DNA from: a bacterium
GTDB taxonomy: Bacteria; SAR324; NAC60-12
Direction: 5' to 3'
DNA length: 64,000 nt
NCBI GenBank assembly: GCA_965205865.1
Contig: CBDBHR010000028.1
Location: 544,001-608,000, forward strand
The position numbers were made by a program, and so were the translations under genes. The notes beneath the pieces were generated by a model. The model saw only the letters and a list, made by a program, of their open reading frames with translations. It was not told the DNA's origin and did not search any database. How positions within the stretch are numbered: the stretch's first letter is position 1; every line of letters starts with the position of its first letter. Positions 60,801 through 64,000 of this stretch are shown piece by piece.

Positions 60801-61329
60801 AGAGCCATTATGACGATGTTGAAATAGATTGATTCAGTAGCTGTCCCGGAAGAATCACCCTTTCCTTGTGGTGAGGAGTGAAGGGAGGGGCGATTTGCCA
60901 GGACGCCCGCCCCTGTCCCTGCCATCGACATAGGGATCTGAATCAGAAGATATTCAGTACAAATATCAGATTGTTGTTCAATTCACAATTCCCGCATCAG
61001 AGCCTGGTAAGAGTGCCATTTCTTTTACTTGCTAAGATATCAACGTAGTAGGTTTTCATGATGGCGATTCCTGGATTCCTGGTCTTCGCCAGGAATGACA
61101 CACTTGTGGGGAAGCGTATTCATGGAAACTGCTGATTACAAAAAATATACGCGTAACATTACCTGGTTAATATGAGATTCCTTTCAATACGCGAAAAAAA
61201 GCTTGATAAATATATATTGCACCTATTGTACCTTAGGATTGTTTGGGGAAGAGTAAATGAGTTGCAGTGAAAAGAATTTCGCTTCCCCGGGAATCTTTTT
61301 TCCCTCATCCTTGCGGACGTGTCCTATCA

Positions 61330-61512
61330 AGAGCTGGCTATCGGTTCCTTCAAAAGAAATTTGGTGAAGCCGCGGAATCTTATCAAGCCATTCTAGCAAC
61401 TCTCTCTGTTGATGAACTCGAAACACTAGGAGAAAGACTCATCACTCAATCGACTTTAGAAGACATTTTTCAAGGGTTTCCCTGGAGTGGCTCTCCACCA
61501 AAGCTTTCTTAA
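61330..61512 (+). pseudogene. DUF4351-like C-terminal fragment (Rpn-associated)
   Basis: RFLQKKFG........L..LSVDELE.LGE.L....TLED. Confidence 0.6.
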
Positions 61513-62160
61513 ATGATCTGTAACAACAAAATAAAATGGATCTCGCAATGAGAAAAAGAAAGTATTTGACTTCTGGATCTCGCTGTAATATGAAAGATCT
61601 TCATTAGAATTTATAAGAATACAGAATTAATGAATCACCGTATTAAAAAAAGCAATGACCATCATTTGCAGAACGAATATATTATTATTCCAAGGACGGA
61701 AAAACAATTGAGGGAGTCTCCATTTTTATATAAAAAATCTTGATAAAAGGTTAAAATGAGAGTAGTATACCGACACCCAACTCCTAGTTCCCAGCACCCA
61801 GTTCCCAGTCCTAAATTCTACCCCTTTATGTCATCTCGACAGGGCCGTCGGTGCGCCGAAGCGACGCCCAGTCCGAAGGGGAGAGATCCTTAAGATTCCT
61901 CGTTTCAAATTCCAAATTCCAACCCACCTTCCAAATTCCAGGAAAGAAAGGGCAAGGGGAAATTTGGAACATCAATCAAGTCAACCGAAAATAAATTGTT
62001 ATTCCTTCAACTTTCTTATAAGGAGAACCCTATGTATTTTAAGAAATTTGTCGCCTCCGTCATGGGGCTGACCGTGGCAGACGCTGTGTCTGCCACGAAA
62101 ATCCGATTCGCCCCAAGGCTGGTGAATCGTTCTCAACACCCTCAATTTAAAGAGGTTCTT

Positions 62161-64000
62161 ATGAGTATGATAAATAAACTTTTTGCCTCCCTCGTGGGGC
62201 GGAACCCGGCAGGCTTCGGGTCTGCTGTACAAAAGCTTGTCCTCGCAAACTTGTCCCCGCGAAAGCGGGGAGCGGGGATGCAATCCTTATTGCTCATCCT
62301 CACCCTGATGGTGGCCACATTTTGGGTCAGTTCGGCCGTGGCAGCTGATAAAAAGATGGTCAAAGACCCCACCACCGGCAAGATGGTACAAGCACCTGAG
62401 TATGGCGGGACATTGACCTACGCCGAGCGGATCGAGCCTCCGGGGACTGACCCCTACTCCCAGGGCCACGGACCAAGGGCCGTCGATGCCGTTTCAGAGA
62501 AGCTGGCCATCGCGAACTGGGGAATAGACAGGGATGAATTTGGCTTCAACACCAGGTACGTCCCGCTATCTGCCATGAAACCGAATCTGGCGGAAAGCTG
62601 GGAAACGCCTGACCCCACCACGATCGTTATCAACATCCGCAAGGGCGTTCGCTGGCATAATAAGGCACCAATGAACGGTCGGGAACTGACCGCCCAGGAT
62701 GTCGAATATAACTTTCATCGTATTACGGGTCTGGGCAGCGGCTTCACCGAACATAGCCCCTTCGACCCGATGAATGCCGCGTCATGGGAATCGATTACGG
62801 CCACCGACGATTCCACGGTTGTTTTCAAGCTAAAGGCGCCTCGCAGCGATGGGCTGGAGACGATCGTCGCCCACTGGTTTCATTTCATTATGCCCCCCGA
62901 GGTCATCGAGCAACATGGCAACGTACAAGATTGGAGGAACCTGGTTGGCACCGGGCCCTATATGCTGACGGACTGGGTCAAGGGCAGCTCTCTGACCTAT
63001 ACCAGGAATCCGGACTACTGGGGCACCGACGAAAAATACCCAGAGAACCGCTTGCCCTATATCGACGAGTTACGGCGGGTGATTATGCCCGAACAAGCAA
63101 CATGGCTGGCGGCACTGCGCTCGGGTAGGCATGATATCACAGGTTTATTCGGCGACACTCAATTGGGGGATGTCAACCAGGTAGCGAGCCTCCAACGGAG
63201 CAACCCCGAGATCACGTTGTACCCGTGGTACTTTCGCTCGGAGACCTCTGTTACCTTCAACCTGCGCAACCAGTCGCTCTTCAACGACATCCGCGTGCGC
63301 AAAGCCATGCAGATGGCCATTGACCTGGAGACCATCAACAAGACTTACTATAAGGGTTTTGCCAAGTGGCAACCCCAGGGGATTGTCGGGGATAGTCTGA
63401 AGGGGTTTTATGTCCCCTTTGAAGAGTGGCCCGAAGCGGTCAAGCAAGGCTATCGGTATGACCCGGAAGGGGCGAAGCAGCTTCTGGCTGAAGCGGGCTA
63501 TCCCAATGGCTTCAAGACCGCCCTTCACCACTTGCTGCGATTTGATGTCGGCTATCAGGAAATCGCCGTTGAATACTGGGCACAGGTTGGCGTTGACGTG
63601 GAGATTCAGACACATGACAATACTCCGCTTTTAGCGCTTAAACGGGAAGGCAACTATGAGGGGATGGTTTCTGCGGTTCTCGGCGTCGACCAGGGGCCCA
63701 TGCCCATGATGGACTGGATTGCCTCGGGATTTGAAGGTGTGGCCTACCACGGCGGACACCAGGACCCGGTGATGGACGCCAAATCGGAAGCCGCCAAAAC
63801 CGCTGCCACCCCTGAGGAGCAGCAGAGGCTGATTAGAGAGGCAGATATGTACTTGATAGAGCAGCAGTGGTTCCTATGGGGTCCCAAAGTTCCATTGTTT
63901 AATGCATCCCAGCCATGGATCAAAGGTTACAACGGTGAAGTCGAAATGGGACTGGCTCGCGCAGCGGCTATCTTCGCCCGCATTTGGATTGACCAGGATC
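62161..64000 (+). CDS. peptide ABC solute-binding protein (family 5), runs off the window end; frame open from ATG 62032
   Basis: Own translation: signal peptide, PEYGGTL, LAESWE.PD.TT...IRKGVRWH, GTGPY, RNPDYW, DIRVRKA, LLAEAGYPNGF; absent from the ORF track because there is no stop. Confidence 0.92.
   Translation, partial: MSMINKLFASLVGRNPAGFGSAVQKLVLANLSPRKRGAGMQSLLLILTLMVATFWVSSAVAADKKMVKDPTTGKMVQAPEYGGTLTYAERIEPPGTDPYSQGHGPRAVDAVSEKLAIANWGIDRDEFGFNTRYVPLSAMKPNLAESWETPDPTTIVINIRKGVRWHNKAPMNGRELTAQDVEYNFHRITGLGSGFTEHSPFDPMNAASWESITATDDSTVVFKLKAPRSDGLETIVAHWFHFIMPPEVIEQHGNVQDWRNLVGTGPYMLTDWVKGSSLTYTRNPDYWGTDEKYPENRLPYIDELRRVIMPEQATWLAALRSGRHDITGLFGDTQLGDVNQVASLQRSNPEITLYPWYFRSETSVTFNLRNQSLFNDIRVRKAMQMAIDLETINKTYYKGFAKWQPQGIVGDSLKGFYVPFEEWPEAVKQGYRYDPEGAKQLLAEAGYPNGFKTALHHLLRFDVGYQEIAVEYWAQVGVDVEIQTHDNTPLLALKREGNYEGMVSAVLGVDQGPMPMMDWIASGFEGVAYHGGHQDPVMDAKSEAAKTAATPEEQQRLIREADMYLIEQQWFLWGPKVPLFNASQPWIKGYNGEVEMGLARAAAIFARIWIDQD

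Noticed and set aside
61776-61940. Heptamer-like runs (CCCAGTT, CCAAATT) as a functional array
   Set aside because: Short, degenerate simple repeats with no associated gene that I can support

Overview
Bacterial DNA, tentatively deltaproteobacterial/SAR324-like (low-confidence inference from gene content). Intact housekeeping blocks are tRNA-Gly, an Fe3+ ABC transporter, thpR, apaG, mdh-sucCD, CIRCE-controlled hsp20, a Dus gene, sfsA, cinA, glgB, an SPFH gene, manA, a cysteine desulfurase and ycgN. They alternate with eroded accessory blocks full of pseudogenes, IS elements (IS5/ISNCY-like, IS1182, and IS630, IS1, IS200 and IS21 remnants), MITEs, REP-like palindromes, toxin-antitoxin pairs, a NgoMIV-type restriction-modification pair and catabolic oxidoreductase / peptide-ABC genes. 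The most notable structure is an integron-like system with no integrase in the window. Four attC-like sites lie in two clusters (about 0.9-2.0 kb on +, about 37.6-38.4 kb on -), each headed by the same diverged ~250-bp non-coding leader-plus-attC platform. The first cassette carries two translationally coupled, MTase-less PD-(D/E)XK (DUF4365-like) proteins, a candidate undescribed defence system. Other signals: a 2x alphaCTD + sigma4 protein, REP cores inside four different MITE shells, a candidate 135-nt structured RNA, REP palindromes in frame in a signal-peptide region, and gene lesions caused by tandem duplications or apparently templated insertions (biology or assembly artefact). All family calls come from visual motif recognition, not database searches.
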